64,000 nt of DNA from Acidobacteriota bacterium (GTDB lineage: Bacteria > Acidobacteriota > UBA6911 > RPQK01 > JAJDTT01): positions 4,704,001-4,768,000 of the forward strand of contig OZ242374.1 of the NCBI GenBank assembly GCA_965209055.1, read 5' to 3'. Position 1 is the first letter of the stretch. Each line of letters begins with the position of its first letter. The position numbers and the translations under genes are program-made. A model generated the notes under the pieces. That model did no database searches and was not told where the DNA came from. It worked only from the letters and a program-made list of their open reading frames with translations. This document shows, one piece after another, positions 1-9,281 of this stretch.

Positions 1-775
1 CGGCTCCATGGATCCGGAGACCGTGGACGCTCTCCTGGACGACGGGACGGCGGCGGTCGTGGTCCAGTCCCCCAACTTCTTCGGCATCGTGGAGGAGATG
101 GAGGAATTGGGCCGGCTGGCTCACCGGCGCCGCGCTCTGCTGGTGGCCGTCACCACCGAGGCGCTCTCCCTGGGGCTGTTGAAACCGCCCGGCGAGATGG
201 GCGCCGACATCGTGGCCGGAGAGGGGCAGAGCCTGGGACTCCCTCTGAGCTTCGGGGGACCGTATCTGGGGCTGTTCGCCACCCGCGACCGCTACAAGCG
301 GCAGATGCCGGGCCGCCTCGTGGGCCAGACCGTGGACCGGAAAGACCGGCGTGGTTTCGTCCTGACCCTCTCCACCCGGGAGCAGCACATCCGCCGCGAG
401 AGGGCCACCTCCAACATCTGCACCAATCAGGGCCTCTGCGCCCTGGCGGTGTCCATCTTCCTGTCCACTCTGGGCAAGAACGGCATACGAGAGCTGGCCG
501 AGCAGAACCTGAAGAAGGCCCACTACCTCAGGCGAAGATTGGCCGGCCGCCTGGTCTTCTCGGGGCCCGTATTCAACGAAATGGTGCTGCGGGTGGACGA
601 CCCCGAGAGTCTCAACCAGGAGCTCTACCGGGAAGGGATCATCGGGGGCCTGCCCCTGGGAACCTGGTTTCCGTCGCGCCGGGACCAGATGCTGGTCTGC
701 GTCACCGACCAGAACACCCGGCGCCAGATCGACCGCTTCATCCGCGTTCTCCAGCAAAGCCGCGTGACCGTATGA
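1..775 (+). CDS. gcvPA: Glycine dehydrogenase (decarboxylating) subunit 1, 5'-truncated by the window edge
   Basis: Motifs QSPNFFG, LSFGGPYLG, TLSTREQHIRRERATSNICTNQ; overlaps the gcvPB start. Confidence 0.95.
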   Translation, partial: GSMDPETVDALLDDGTAAVVVQSPNFFGIVEEMEELGRLAHRRRALLVAVTTEALSLGLLKPPGEMGADIVAGEGQSLGLPLSFGGPYLGLFATRDRYKRQMPGRLVGQTVDRKDRRGFVLTLSTREQHIRRERATSNICTNQGLCALAVSIFLSTLGKNGIRELAEQNLKKAHYLRRRLAGRLVFSGPVFNEMVLRVDDPESLNQELYREGIIGGLPLGTWFPSRRDQMLVCVTDQNTRRQIDRFIRVLQQSRVTV

Positions 776-2256
776 ATCGAACCAGTCCCGTCAACAACCT
801 CAACGAGCCGCTCATCTTCGAGCAGTCCTCACCGGGGAAGGCCGCCTACAGTCTCCCTCCCCTCGACGTGGAGGACACGCCCATCGAAGAGATCCTGGAT
901 CCGGGACTGACCCGGCAGGAGGTCGGGGGATTCCCGGAAGTGAGCGAGGTGGAGATCATCCGGCACTACACCCGGATGTCGACCTGGAACTACCACATCG
1001 ACCTGGGAATGTATCCGCTGGGTTCCTGCACCATGAAGTACAACCCCCGGCTCAACGAGCGGACCGCTCGCATGGCGCAAATCGCCATGGTGCATCCCAT
1101 GCAGGAGGCTGCTCTGTCGCAGGGCAACCTGGAGCTCATCCACCGTCTCCAGGAGTGCCTGCAGGAACTCACGGGCCTGGACGCCGTCACGCTCCAGCCG
1201 GCGGCCGGGTCTCAAGGAGAAATGGTGGGGATCCTCATGGTGCGCGCCCACCATGAGGCGCAAAAACGGCAACGGCGCTACGTCCTGATCCCCGACTCGG
1301 CACACGGCACCAACCCGGCCAGCGCCGCCATTGCGGGGTACCAGGTGGTCTCGATTCCCTCCGACTCCGCCGGCAGGATCGACATCCGGATCCTGCGCGA
1401 GCGCATGAACGAAGACGTGGCCTGCCTGATGTTGACCAATCCCAACACGCTGGGGATCTTCGAGAGCCGGATCGAGGAGATCAGCCGGATCGTCCACGAT
1501 CAGGGCGGACTCATCTACATGGACGGGGCCAACTTCAACGCCCTCATGGGATATGCGCGTCCGGGGGACATGGGGATCGACGTGCTCCACCTGAATCTGC
1601 ACAAGACCTTCTCGACTCCCCACGGCGGGGGAGGTCCCGGCTGTGGAGCCGTCGCCTGCCGTGGCTTGCTCTCCCCCTATCTGCCGTTACCCGTGATCGA
1701 ACGGGACGGCAGCGGTTACCGCGCCGACTCGGATCGCCCCCATTCCATCGGTCCGGTCCACGCCTTCCACGGCAACTTCGGCATGATGGTGCGGGCTCTG
1801 ACCTACATCCTCACCTGCGGCGGGAGCGGACTGAAGCAGCTCACCGAGACCGCGGTGCTCAACGCCAACTACATCCGCGCCCGGCTTCAGGAATACTTCC
1901 ACCTTCCCTACCCGACTCCGTCCATGCACGAGGCGGTCTTCTCGGACAAGACCCTGGAGCCTTACGGAGTCAAGACACTGGACGTGGCCAAGCAGCTCAT
2001 CGACGAGGGCTTCCATCCGCCGACGATCTACTTTCCCCTGATCGTCCGGGGTGCCATGATGATCGAACCCACCGAAAGCGAGAACAAGGCGGAGCTGGAC
2101 GCTTTCGTGGACGCCATGGTCCGGATCTACCATCGAGCCCGGGAGGATGCGGACGCCGCTCATGAAGCGCCCCGCCTGGCCAAACGGACCCGGCTGGACG
2201 AGACCCGGGCCGCCCGCCGCCCGGTGCTGAGGTGGAGTCCCGGGGAGGCAGGGTAA
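772..2256 (+). CDS. gcvPB: Glycine dehydrogenase (decarboxylating) subunit 2
   Basis: YPLGSCTMKYNP, PDSAHGTNPASA, PLP-lysine motif HLNLHKTFSTPHGGGGPG. Confidence 0.96.
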   Translation: MNRTSPVNNLNEPLIFEQSSPGKAAYSLPPLDVEDTPIEEILDPGLTRQEVGGFPEVSEVEIIRHYTRMSTWNYHIDLGMYPLGSCTMKYNPRLNERTARMAQIAMVHPMQEAALSQGNLELIHRLQECLQELTGLDAVTLQPAAGSQGEMVGILMVRAHHEAQKRQRRYVLIPDSAHGTNPASAAIAGYQVVSIPSDSAGRIDIRILRERMNEDVACLMLTNPNTLGIFESRIEEISRIVHDQGGLIYMDGANFNALMGYARPGDMGIDVLHLNLHKTFSTPHGGGGPGCGAVACRGLLSPYLPLPVIERDGSGYRADSDRPHSIGPVHAFHGNFGMMVRALTYILTCGGSGLKQLTETAVLNANYIRARLQEYFHLPYPTPSMHEAVFSDKTLEPYGVKTLDVAKQLIDEGFHPPTIYFPLIVRGAMMIEPTESENKAELDAFVDAMVRIYHRAREDADAAHEAPRLAKRTRLDETRAARRPVLRWSPGEAG

Positions 2257-2284
2257 CCAGGAGGACCGAGACCCGGAGGGCCCG

Positions 2285-3283
2285 GTGGTGAGTCGTCGGA
2301 GTCGAGCTATTGTGCTCAGCGCCTGCTGGCTGATGGCGGTCCAGTTTCTCCAGGCCCAACCCTCCTCGGATCCCGTTCCCCCCTCCTTTCGGGTCCGGGC
2401 CAACTTCATCCGGGTCCCGGTCACCGTCTTCGGGCCGACGGGGAAACTCCTGACCCATCTGGAACGGGAACACTTCTCCCTGCTGGATGAGAACAGCCCC
2501 CGGGCCATCGAGAACTTCGTGCTGGACCAGGACCGCATCCACGTCGCTCTCCTGCTGGACGTGAGCGGCAGCATCCGCCACGAGTTGAAGCAGATCGCAC
2601 AAGCGGCCCTGGACTTCGCCCGTTCCTTTCAGCGAAACGACCGGTTCTCCGTCATCACCTTTTCCGACCGCGTCCAGGTGCTCCAGGACTGGACTTCGAG
2701 CATGAGGGCGGTCCGCCGGGCCCTCAGGAAGCTGGAACCGGGCTATCGGACCGCCATGTATGACGCGCTGTGGACCACCACCAACAGGCAACTGTCCCGG
2801 GTCGCCGGGAAGAAGGCCATCATCCTGCTCACCGACGGGTTGGACAACGAGAGCGGTCAAAGCTACGACCAGATCGTCCGCCGCCTGATCGCTTCCAACG
2901 TCGCCCTCTACATCATCAGCAGGACCCGCCTGATCCAGGACGAAGTAGGCCGCAGCAATCGCGTGGAATTCCTGAACCGGGTGATGTCCGAGTTGGTGAA
3001 TCCGGAAGAGGACTTCGTGGACGCCTACTTCGAGCAGAAGGAGCAGGCCATGCTCCACCTGGCCGAAGCCACCGGGGGGAGGGCCCTCTTTCCCGAGCGG
3101 CTGGAGGAGCTTACGGACAGGTATCTGGAACTGGCGCGGGAGCTCAAGAGCCAGTACGTCCTCACCTTCCGTCCTCCGCCCAGTTCGGAACAGCCCTTTC
3201 GAAGCATCCGGGTCCAATGCAGCGAACCCACCGGCAAGATCCTCCACCGCCGCCAGTACTATTGGCCGAGTCCCCGGTTCTGA
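2285..3283 (+). CDS. Secreted VWA domain protein (Acidobacteria VWFA-related type)
   Basis: Signal peptide, MIDAS motif LLLDVSGS, TAMYDAL, LLTDG, LAEATGG, ELKSQYVL. Confidence 0.85.
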   Translation: MVSRRSRAIVLSACWLMAVQFLQAQPSSDPVPPSFRVRANFIRVPVTVFGPTGKLLTHLEREHFSLLDENSPRAIENFVLDQDRIHVALLLDVSGSIRHELKQIAQAALDFARSFQRNDRFSVITFSDRVQVLQDWTSSMRAVRRALRKLEPGYRTAMYDALWTTTNRQLSRVAGKKAIILLTDGLDNESGQSYDQIVRRLIASNVALYIISRTRLIQDEVGRSNRVEFLNRVMSELVNPEEDFVDAYFEQKEQAMLHLAEATGGRALFPERLEELTDRYLELARELKSQYVLTFRPPPSSEQPFRSIRVQCSEPTGKILHRRQYYWPSPRF

Positions 3284-3303
3284 GGAATGAAGCGCCGGTC
3301 CCC

Positions 3304-3417
3304 GGAACGGCGGTTTCCAACCGCCGATCTCCCACGTAATCAAACGGCGCAAGAGCGCCGGATGAAATGAGCTCACGGCGCAACTATGATATTCCGTCCT
3401 GGAGCAGAGATCGGCGA
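3304..3417. repeat. REP pair (family 1): intact left arm plus interrupted right arm
   Basis: GGAACGGCGGTTTCCAACCGCCGATCTC at 3304-3331; GAGATCGGCG at 3407-3416 is the perfect reverse complement of 3322-3331, then the pairing breaks off. Confidence 0.7.
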
Positions 3418-3458
3418 GCGGGTCCCGGTTTGAATGGACAGGGTCGAAACACAATCAC

Positions 3459-3755
3459 TCAAGTCTTTACGGCGACGATCGCCGTGGCGCACAAATGCTG
3501 AGCGTAACGCCGGAACGTCGCGTACATCGCCCGGATGCTACGGCGCACGGAAGGGGTCTTGACCGCGTTCCAGATGATGCGAAGCGCCCGCGGCAGACCC
3601 TCGTCGCGCACGAGTCGTCTGAGCTCGAGCAAATGCATCGGGACGCTCATCTGCTTCTCGACCCTGAACCCCTGGGCGGCGAGCAATTCGCACCATCCGT
3701 TCGCCGTGAGGGGCCACGCTCCCACATGGATGGCGTCGGACAGAGCCTGGGGAAT
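3459..3755 (-). pseudogene. C-terminal fragment of a class I SAM methyltransferase-like protein
   Basis: Reads ALSDAIHVGAWPLT...PMHLLE.RRLVRDEG, resembling a methyltransferase C-terminus; no N-terminal SAM-binding motif and no plausible start. Confidence 0.55.
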
Positions 3756-3759
3756 GATT

Positions 3760-3947
3760 ATATGGCCTCACCAGCCTGCTACGCGCAATACTCGGACCGC
3801 ACGCTCAGCGATGCCCCGTCTTCTCACCGCAGCATTCGACCGATCATCGGAGCCAACCTGACCGGCTCGGGCGCCAACGGGGTATCGCGCCGAGTGCTGT
3901 CCATCGACCGGCCCCCCCTCCAATTGGAAACGCAGACCCGGAAGTAA
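3760..3947 (+). pseudogene. Degenerate C-terminal fragment of an FMN-binding (flavinylation substrate) protein
   Basis: IRPIIGANLT...VSRRVLSID resembles the (S/T)GAT flavinylation segment; ends just before a membrane protein typical of such loci. Confidence 0.45.
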
Positions 3948-3952
3948 CCGAC

Positions 3953-4432
3953 ATGACCCGATGGGAAGCCTGGTCGTTTCACACCCTGTCGATCGTTCTC
4001 TCCGTCACCGGGATACTCCTTTTCGTCATGAAGTACCTGATGGAGAACCATGACCCGTTTCAACTGGTCAACCACCCCTGGCAACCCTTGATGCTGGATC
4101 TGCATATCCTGATGGCGCCCGGCCTGGTCCTGGTCCTGGGGATGATCTGGTCGAGCCACGTCGTGGGAAACCTGCGCACCCGCTCCCGAAACAACCGGCG
4201 CACGGGGATTCTGCTGCTGGCGACGTTCCCGGTAATGGTGCTCTCCGGCTACCTGATCCAAATCCTCGTCCATCCCACCCTTTCCGTCCTGACCATTATC
4301 ATGCACGCGGTCAGTTCGTCGGTCTTCGTCATCGCCTACGTCTGGCACCAGTGGCTGACGTTGCGGATCTGGCTTCGCCGGCGCCGAAAACGCAGATTCA
4401 AGTCCCTTGCGTCTGAACTCGGGCAGCTTTGA
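3953..4432 (+). CDS. Four-TM membrane protein with conserved His residues (cytochrome b-like, flavinylation-locus associated)
   Basis: Four hydrophobic helices, HPWQP..LDLH, further His in TM segments, basic tail. Confidence 0.65.
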   Translation: MTRWEAWSFHTLSIVLSVTGILLFVMKYLMENHDPFQLVNHPWQPLMLDLHILMAPGLVLVLGMIWSSHVVGNLRTRSRNNRRTGILLLATFPVMVLSGYLIQILVHPTLSVLTIIMHAVSSSVFVIAYVWHQWLTLRIWLRRRRKRRFKSLASELGQL

Positions 4433-4852
4433 GTTGGAACGTCCGGCAGCAAAAAACCCGTTTACCGTGGAAGCGAAGCGAGATAGGAAACGGGGAAGAG
4501 CGTGCCGGCTTTCAGAAACCGGGTCTACTGCCTGTTTGTCGCGCGTTCAGCATGTCAAACATGGGGAGCCAACCACTTTACCGATTCGGCGAAGAACCTG
4601 GTAAACGTCTGAAACAGTTACTGTTTAGCAGTTCTTGACTGAGGGGCGGACGGGTTTGGGAATCGCTCCTCCTCGCAGTTTTCCTGCATTCCAGCGTTAA
4701 AGAGTTTACTGGATGTTCCACTGGAAAAGCTGGGCCGTTTTTGCCTTTTCAACCCTTGTCTCGTCATTGCGTTCCTGCTGGGTGCGGGCCGCCTCCTGAC
4801 CGAGGAGCAGCAGCGTCCCCGACTCGCCTTTGACCGGACACAGACCGTCGAA

Positions 4853-7099
4853 ATGGTGGGCCGGATCGATCACCCGCCATTTGCGCTGAAGCAGGGTCTG
4901 TATCTGGAGATCATGCCGCTGGCGGTCCAACAAGGGGGACGGGTTCTTGCCCTTCCCGGCAAGGTGGCTCTCTACGTCTACTCCCTCCCCGACGGAACCG
5001 AAACGGAGCCCTTCCTCCGATACGGAGACACACTGCGGGTCAGCACCTTCCTTGAGGATCCGCCCCACCATGGAATCCCGGGAGTAGAGGACCTGCGCCT
5101 GCGCTTCTGGCAACGAGGAATCGTGGGCGTGATGCGCGTCAAGTCACACCTCCAGGTCCGGCGCTTGGCGCCGGATGCCGGATGGGACCCCCGAAGACCG
5201 CTGTTCGCCTATGTCCGATCGTTCGAGCGCTTCTGCCGGCGGACACTGCAGCCGGAACAGCAAACCCTGGTCCTGAGCACCCTTCTGGGCCAGACCCGCC
5301 GCCTTGAGGAGGTCGATCGCATCAGCATCGAGAAACTGGGAATCTTCCACCTTTTCGCCGTCTCCGGGTTCCACGTCTCGCTGGTCTACCTGTTTCTCCA
5401 TCTCCTGTCCCGTCCCCTGGGATTGGCCGGGCGCCTCCTGGCGCTGGGCGCCGTCTGGAGCTACGTGGTGGCCGTGGGGGCTCCCATCTCCGCCATCCGG
5501 GCCGGACTCATGGCCAGTTGGATCCATCTCCTGCTGTCCCTGGGCCTCAAATCACAGTTCCTCAACGGGCTGGGAATCGCCGCCCTGATCATGCTGGGGA
5601 CCCGGCCCCAATCCCTCCATACGGCGAGTTTCCAGTTCTCTTATCTGAGCCTCCTGGCCATCGGACTCTGCGTCTTTCCGATCCATACCCGGATCCGCAC
5701 CTTGCAGCGATCCGCGTCATCCCTCTTTCTGCCCCAAGTGAGGGTCGAGCCGACGGCTCGGGGGCGGCTGGGACGGCAGATCCGGTACCGGCTGGAGGGT
5801 CTCCTGGAGCCGCTGCCCAGAACCCTGTCGAAAACCCTGGTTCCCTGGTTGGGACGCGGCTCCGAATCGGTGCTTTCACTGGTCTCGTGCACGCTCTGCA
5901 TCCAACTGTTCACCCTGCCCCTGGCCCTCTACTACTCCAACGTCTGGTGCTGGACCCATTGGCTGTCCAACCTGGTTCTGGTGCCCTGCTTCTCCCTCAT
6001 CCTTCTGGCGGCGTTCGCGCTGCTGGCCACCTTTTGGCTCCCCACGGGAAACCTCTTGTCGTGGCTGGTGGGGACGATGGCCGACCTGATCCGCGAGTTG
6101 ATGGACCTGGTGCAGCGCGTCGCCACCATTCAATACGTGCCCCACCCCACGACCGCAGAGCTGATTCTCTATTTCCTGCTCCTTGGGCTGGCTTTGATCC
6201 TGGGCCGGAGGGCGTACCACCTCCTCTGGCTGGCCCCGGTTCTTCTCTTCCTCTCCGTGACCCGGGAGCCTGCGCCCGCCACCGAAGAGCTCGAGGTCAC
6301 CCTGTTGGACGTGGGCCAGGGAGAAAGCATCCACATCTCCTATCCGGACGGCGGCGACGCGCTGGTGGATACCGGAGGACGCTGGTCGTGGAACGCGGAA
6401 CCCAGCCGCTTCGTCGGGCAGAGGCTGGTGGGACGCTATCTCTGGCACCGTAGAATCCGGAACCTCTCCTTCGTCCTCTTGACCCATCCCCACCAGGACC
6501 ACGTGCAAGGGTACGAATTCATCCGCCGCGCCTTTCCCGTGGAAAGATTGATGTTCGCGGAACCTCCGCCTGGAGAGCTGCCGGAGCAACGCCGGACCCT
6601 CAGCGACGGTCAGACCTTCTTCTTCTCGGGCGTCGAGCATCGGGTGCTCAACCCGCCCGAGAGGGGAGACCCGATATGGAACTCCTCCAGCTCCAACAAC
6701 AGGTCGGTGGTCCTGCTCCTCATATACGGGCGGTTCCGCCTGCTGTTGACGGGAGACATCGACCGGGACATCGAACGGCGATTGACTCCCAGGCTGGGAC
6801 CCACGGCGGTGCTGAAGGTGGCCCACCACGGAAGCCACTCCAGCAGCTCCTCCGGGTTCCTCTCACGGCTGAGGCCCCGAGTGGGTCTGATCTCGGCCGG
6901 ACGCAAGAACGCCTTCGGTCATCCCGCCCCAGCCACCCTGCAACGGCTCCGCCGCGCCGGAGCCCTCCCCCTCTCCACCAGCCAATGGGGCAGCTTGCGC
7001 GTGAGAACCGACGGAACAAGTTGGCAGGCTTCCCATTACCGGCGCGAGACGGACAGCTTCTGCCCCATCACCGGGGGATCCCTGGAAGAGGAGAATTAA
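4853..7099 (+). CDS. comEC: DNA internalization competence protein ComEC/Rec2 (true start possibly ~4709)
   Basis: HLFAVSGFHV, SFQFSY, LDVGQGE, metallo-beta-lactamase motif THPHQDH, LLTGD, KVAHHGS, FGHP. Confidence 0.92.
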   Translation: MVGRIDHPPFALKQGLYLEIMPLAVQQGGRVLALPGKVALYVYSLPDGTETEPFLRYGDTLRVSTFLEDPPHHGIPGVEDLRLRFWQRGIVGVMRVKSHLQVRRLAPDAGWDPRRPLFAYVRSFERFCRRTLQPEQQTLVLSTLLGQTRRLEEVDRISIEKLGIFHLFAVSGFHVSLVYLFLHLLSRPLGLAGRLLALGAVWSYVVAVGAPISAIRAGLMASWIHLLLSLGLKSQFLNGLGIAALIMLGTRPQSLHTASFQFSYLSLLAIGLCVFPIHTRIRTLQRSASSLFLPQVRVEPTARGRLGRQIRYRLEGLLEPLPRTLSKTLVPWLGRGSESVLSLVSCTLCIQLFTLPLALYYSNVWCWTHWLSNLVLVPCFSLILLAAFALLATFWLPTGNLLSWLVGTMADLIRELMDLVQRVATIQYVPHPTTAELILYFLLLGLALILGRRAYHLLWLAPVLLFLSVTREPAPATEELEVTLLDVGQGESIHISYPDGGDALVDTGGRWSWNAEPSRFVGQRLVGRYLWHRRIRNLSFVLLTHPHQDHVQGYEFIRRAFPVERLMFAEPPPGELPEQRRTLSDGQTFFFSGVEHRVLNPPERGDPIWNSSSSNNRSVVLLLIYGRFRLLLTGDIDRDIERRLTPRLGPTAVLKVAHHGSHSSSSSGFLSRLRPRVGLISAGRKNAFGHPAPATLQRLRRAGALPLSTSQWGSLRVRTDGTSWQASHYRRETDSFCPITGGSLEEEN

Positions 7100-7167
7100 G
7101 CGGCGACGTTCCTCCCGCCGGAATTCGTATACTAACCTCTGACCCCGTTCGCGAGACCCAAACCACC

Positions 7168-8532
7168 GTGTCTCAGACAACTCTCCACAAAAAGGGCCAG
7201 GCGCCGTCCAAGACCAACTCTCACCGGCTGGTCGACATCGTCGGCTGTTGGTGCGCCTTGGGCTACGGCGCCCTCGCCTACCTGGCCCGCCAGCCCGGCG
7301 AGCCCGATCTCCCCATCTTCTTCATCCTGGTAGCCTGGACCGGCCTGCCGGTCTTCGGACTCTACCTCTATTCCAGACAGCGCGGCGAACCGATTCCCAT
7401 CGGACGCATGTTCCTCTGGGCCGTAGCCTTCAGACTCTGCGGCCTCGCCGGTGGACCCTTCTTCGAGGACGACTTCCATCGCTATCTGTGGGACGGCTAC
7501 CGCTTCGCCACCGCCGGGACGCCTTACGGCGCCGCGCCGGAAGCGTTCTTTCTGGACACCAGCGTCCCGCCGGCGTTTCAGCAACTGCTGAACGGCATCA
7601 ACAACCCCGACCTGCCGACCATCTACGGACCGGTGACGCAGATCTTCTTTCTGCTGAGCTACTGGCTGCAACCAGGCAGCGTGACGGCACTGCAGTTGAT
7701 CCTGATTCTGGTCGACCTGGGCCTGATCTGGATTCTCCTCCGCATGGCGCCGACCCGGAACGTGATGCTCTACGCATGGTGCCCGCTCGTGATCAAGGAA
7801 ATCGCCTTCACGGCGCACCCGGACGGCGCCGGCGCCTGCCTTCTCATGGCGGCGGTCCTGCTCGTCCGGAACCGGCGCGCGGGAAGCGCCGCCGTCTGCC
7901 TGGGGATGGCCGCCGGCGCCAAGATATTTGCCCTGGTGCTGGCGCCGCTGGTGCTGCTGAGAACTCGTCCGCGCCACTGGCTGCTGTTCGGCGTTACACT
8001 GGCCGCGGTGTATGCTCCATTCCTCCTGACGGGCGGCACGAACCTCACCTCTTTGCAGGTGTTCGCCCGGGAGTGGGAGTTCAATTCCGCGGCATTCGGC
8101 TTGCTGGGGACGCTGTTGCCACGATTCGAGGCCCGGCTGATTCTGGGTCTGGCGTTCGCCGTCTTTTGGCTGCGCTATGCCGGCAAGTTCGCTCGAGGCG
8201 GTCGACACGCCATCCCCCGGGGCGATTGGCTCTTCGGGGCGCTGCTTGCCGTCTCTCCGGTGATCAACGCCTGGTATCTGCTCTGGTTGCTCCCGTTCGC
8301 GGCCATCTTCCCGAGCGCCTCGGCCTGGACGGCGTCGACTGCCGTCCTGCTCAGCTACGTGATCGGAATCCACTTGGGCGACTACACCCTGCAGGCGTAC
8401 CAGCAGCCGGCCTGGATCCGTTTCCTGGAATTCGGCTTGATCCTGGCGGCGTTGGCCTATGACCTGATCCGGCGCCGGGGGATCCAGGGGGAGCCCGCCC
8501 ACGACGCCCACGTGCCATGTACGAAGACCTGA
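7168..8532 (+). CDS. Polytopic membrane glycosyltransferase (GT-C, DUF2029/mannosyltransferase-like)
   Basis: EDDFHRYLWDG, INNP..PTIYGP, LYAWCPL, WEFN, WYLLW; GTG at 7168 inside the long ORF 6676-8532, preceded by TATACT at ~7129. Confidence 0.8.
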   Translation: MSQTTLHKKGQAPSKTNSHRLVDIVGCWCALGYGALAYLARQPGEPDLPIFFILVAWTGLPVFGLYLYSRQRGEPIPIGRMFLWAVAFRLCGLAGGPFFEDDFHRYLWDGYRFATAGTPYGAAPEAFFLDTSVPPAFQQLLNGINNPDLPTIYGPVTQIFFLLSYWLQPGSVTALQLILILVDLGLIWILLRMAPTRNVMLYAWCPLVIKEIAFTAHPDGAGACLLMAAVLLVRNRRAGSAAVCLGMAAGAKIFALVLAPLVLLRTRPRHWLLFGVTLAAVYAPFLLTGGTNLTSLQVFAREWEFNSAAFGLLGTLLPRFEARLILGLAFAVFWLRYAGKFARGGRHAIPRGDWLFGALLAVSPVINAWYLLWLLPFAAIFPSASAWTASTAVLLSYVIGIHLGDYTLQAYQQPAWIRFLEFGLILAALAYDLIRRRGIQGEPAHDAHVPCTKT

Positions 8533-9275
8533 CCGTCGGCGCCGTGATCCCGGCCCACGACGAAGAAGACAACATCGGCCCCGTCGTCAGATCGCTGTTG
8601 GACCTGCAGACGGAGAGCGGGCTCCAGGTGATCGACGACCTGGTGGTGTGCGACAACGCCTCCACCGACGAAACGGCGCTGCGGGCCAGACGGGCGGGCG
8701 CCCGCGTGGCACGCGAACCGACGCCCGGTTACGGAAGAGCCTGCCTGACGGCCATCGCGGCCCTGGAACCAGTGGACGTGGTCCTTTTCGTCGATGGCGA
8801 CCAGGCCTTCCACGTCCGCCAGTCGCTCGACCTTCTGGCGCCCATCGCAACCGGCGCCGACCTGGTCATCGGATCCCGGGTCCTGGGACGCATGGAGCCC
8901 GGCGCCCTGTCGATGCCGCAGATCGCCGGCAACCGAGTGGCAAGCCTGTTGATCCGGTTGTTGTGGAGGGCGAGGATCACCGATCTGGGTCCGTTCCGGG
9001 CCGTTCGTGCGGACGCATTGCGGCGCCTGGAGATGCGGGACACCGCCTACGGTTGGACCGTGGAGATGCAGGTCAAGGCGATCCAGACTAGAATGCGCAT
9101 GGTCGAGACCCCGGTGGACACGCGGCGGCGGCGCTTCGGGAAATCGAAGGTCGGAGGGACCGTCAGAGGCGTCATCGGGGCTGGCGTCGGAATTCTTTCC
9201 ATGATCTTCGGCCTTTGGATTCGCGGTTGGACGGCCGATTCGACGGCTTCGGCCCCGCGGCGGCAAGGAGAATAA
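8517..9275 (+). CDS. Family 2 glycosyltransferase
   Basis: VIPAHDEE, DNASTD, GYGRAC, FVDGD, DLGPFRA, YGWTVEMQ. Confidence 0.92.
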   Translation: MYEDLTVGAVIPAHDEEDNIGPVVRSLLDLQTESGLQVIDDLVVCDNASTDETALRARRAGARVAREPTPGYGRACLTAIAALEPVDVVLFVDGDQAFHVRQSLDLLAPIATGADLVIGSRVLGRMEPGALSMPQIAGNRVASLLIRLLWRARITDLGPFRAVRADALRRLEMRDTAYGWTVEMQVKAIQTRMRMVETPVDTRRRRFGKSKVGGTVRGVIGAGVGILSMIFGLWIRGWTADSTASAPRRQGE

Positions 9276-9281
9276 ATTCCC

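Larger units (their letters stand above)
3417..4663. mobile_element. Decayed, integrase-less remnant of the REP-targeting element; right end (attR) retained
   Basis: 4511-4673 aligns without gaps to 28310-28472 (about 28 mismatches in 163 nt by manual count) and ends in a REP right arm; interior holds gene fragments. Confidence 0.75.

Noticed and set aside
4429-4638. Small ORFs sharing the peptide NMGSQPLYRFGEEPG (also 28201-28437)
   Set aside because: Better explained as translations of the conserved non-coding attR; starts and lengths differ and there is no RBS.
7129-7150. CTCTGACCCC motif upstream of the glycosyltransferase operon as another junction copy
   Set aside because: Only the last few bases resemble the junction motif; too short to support.
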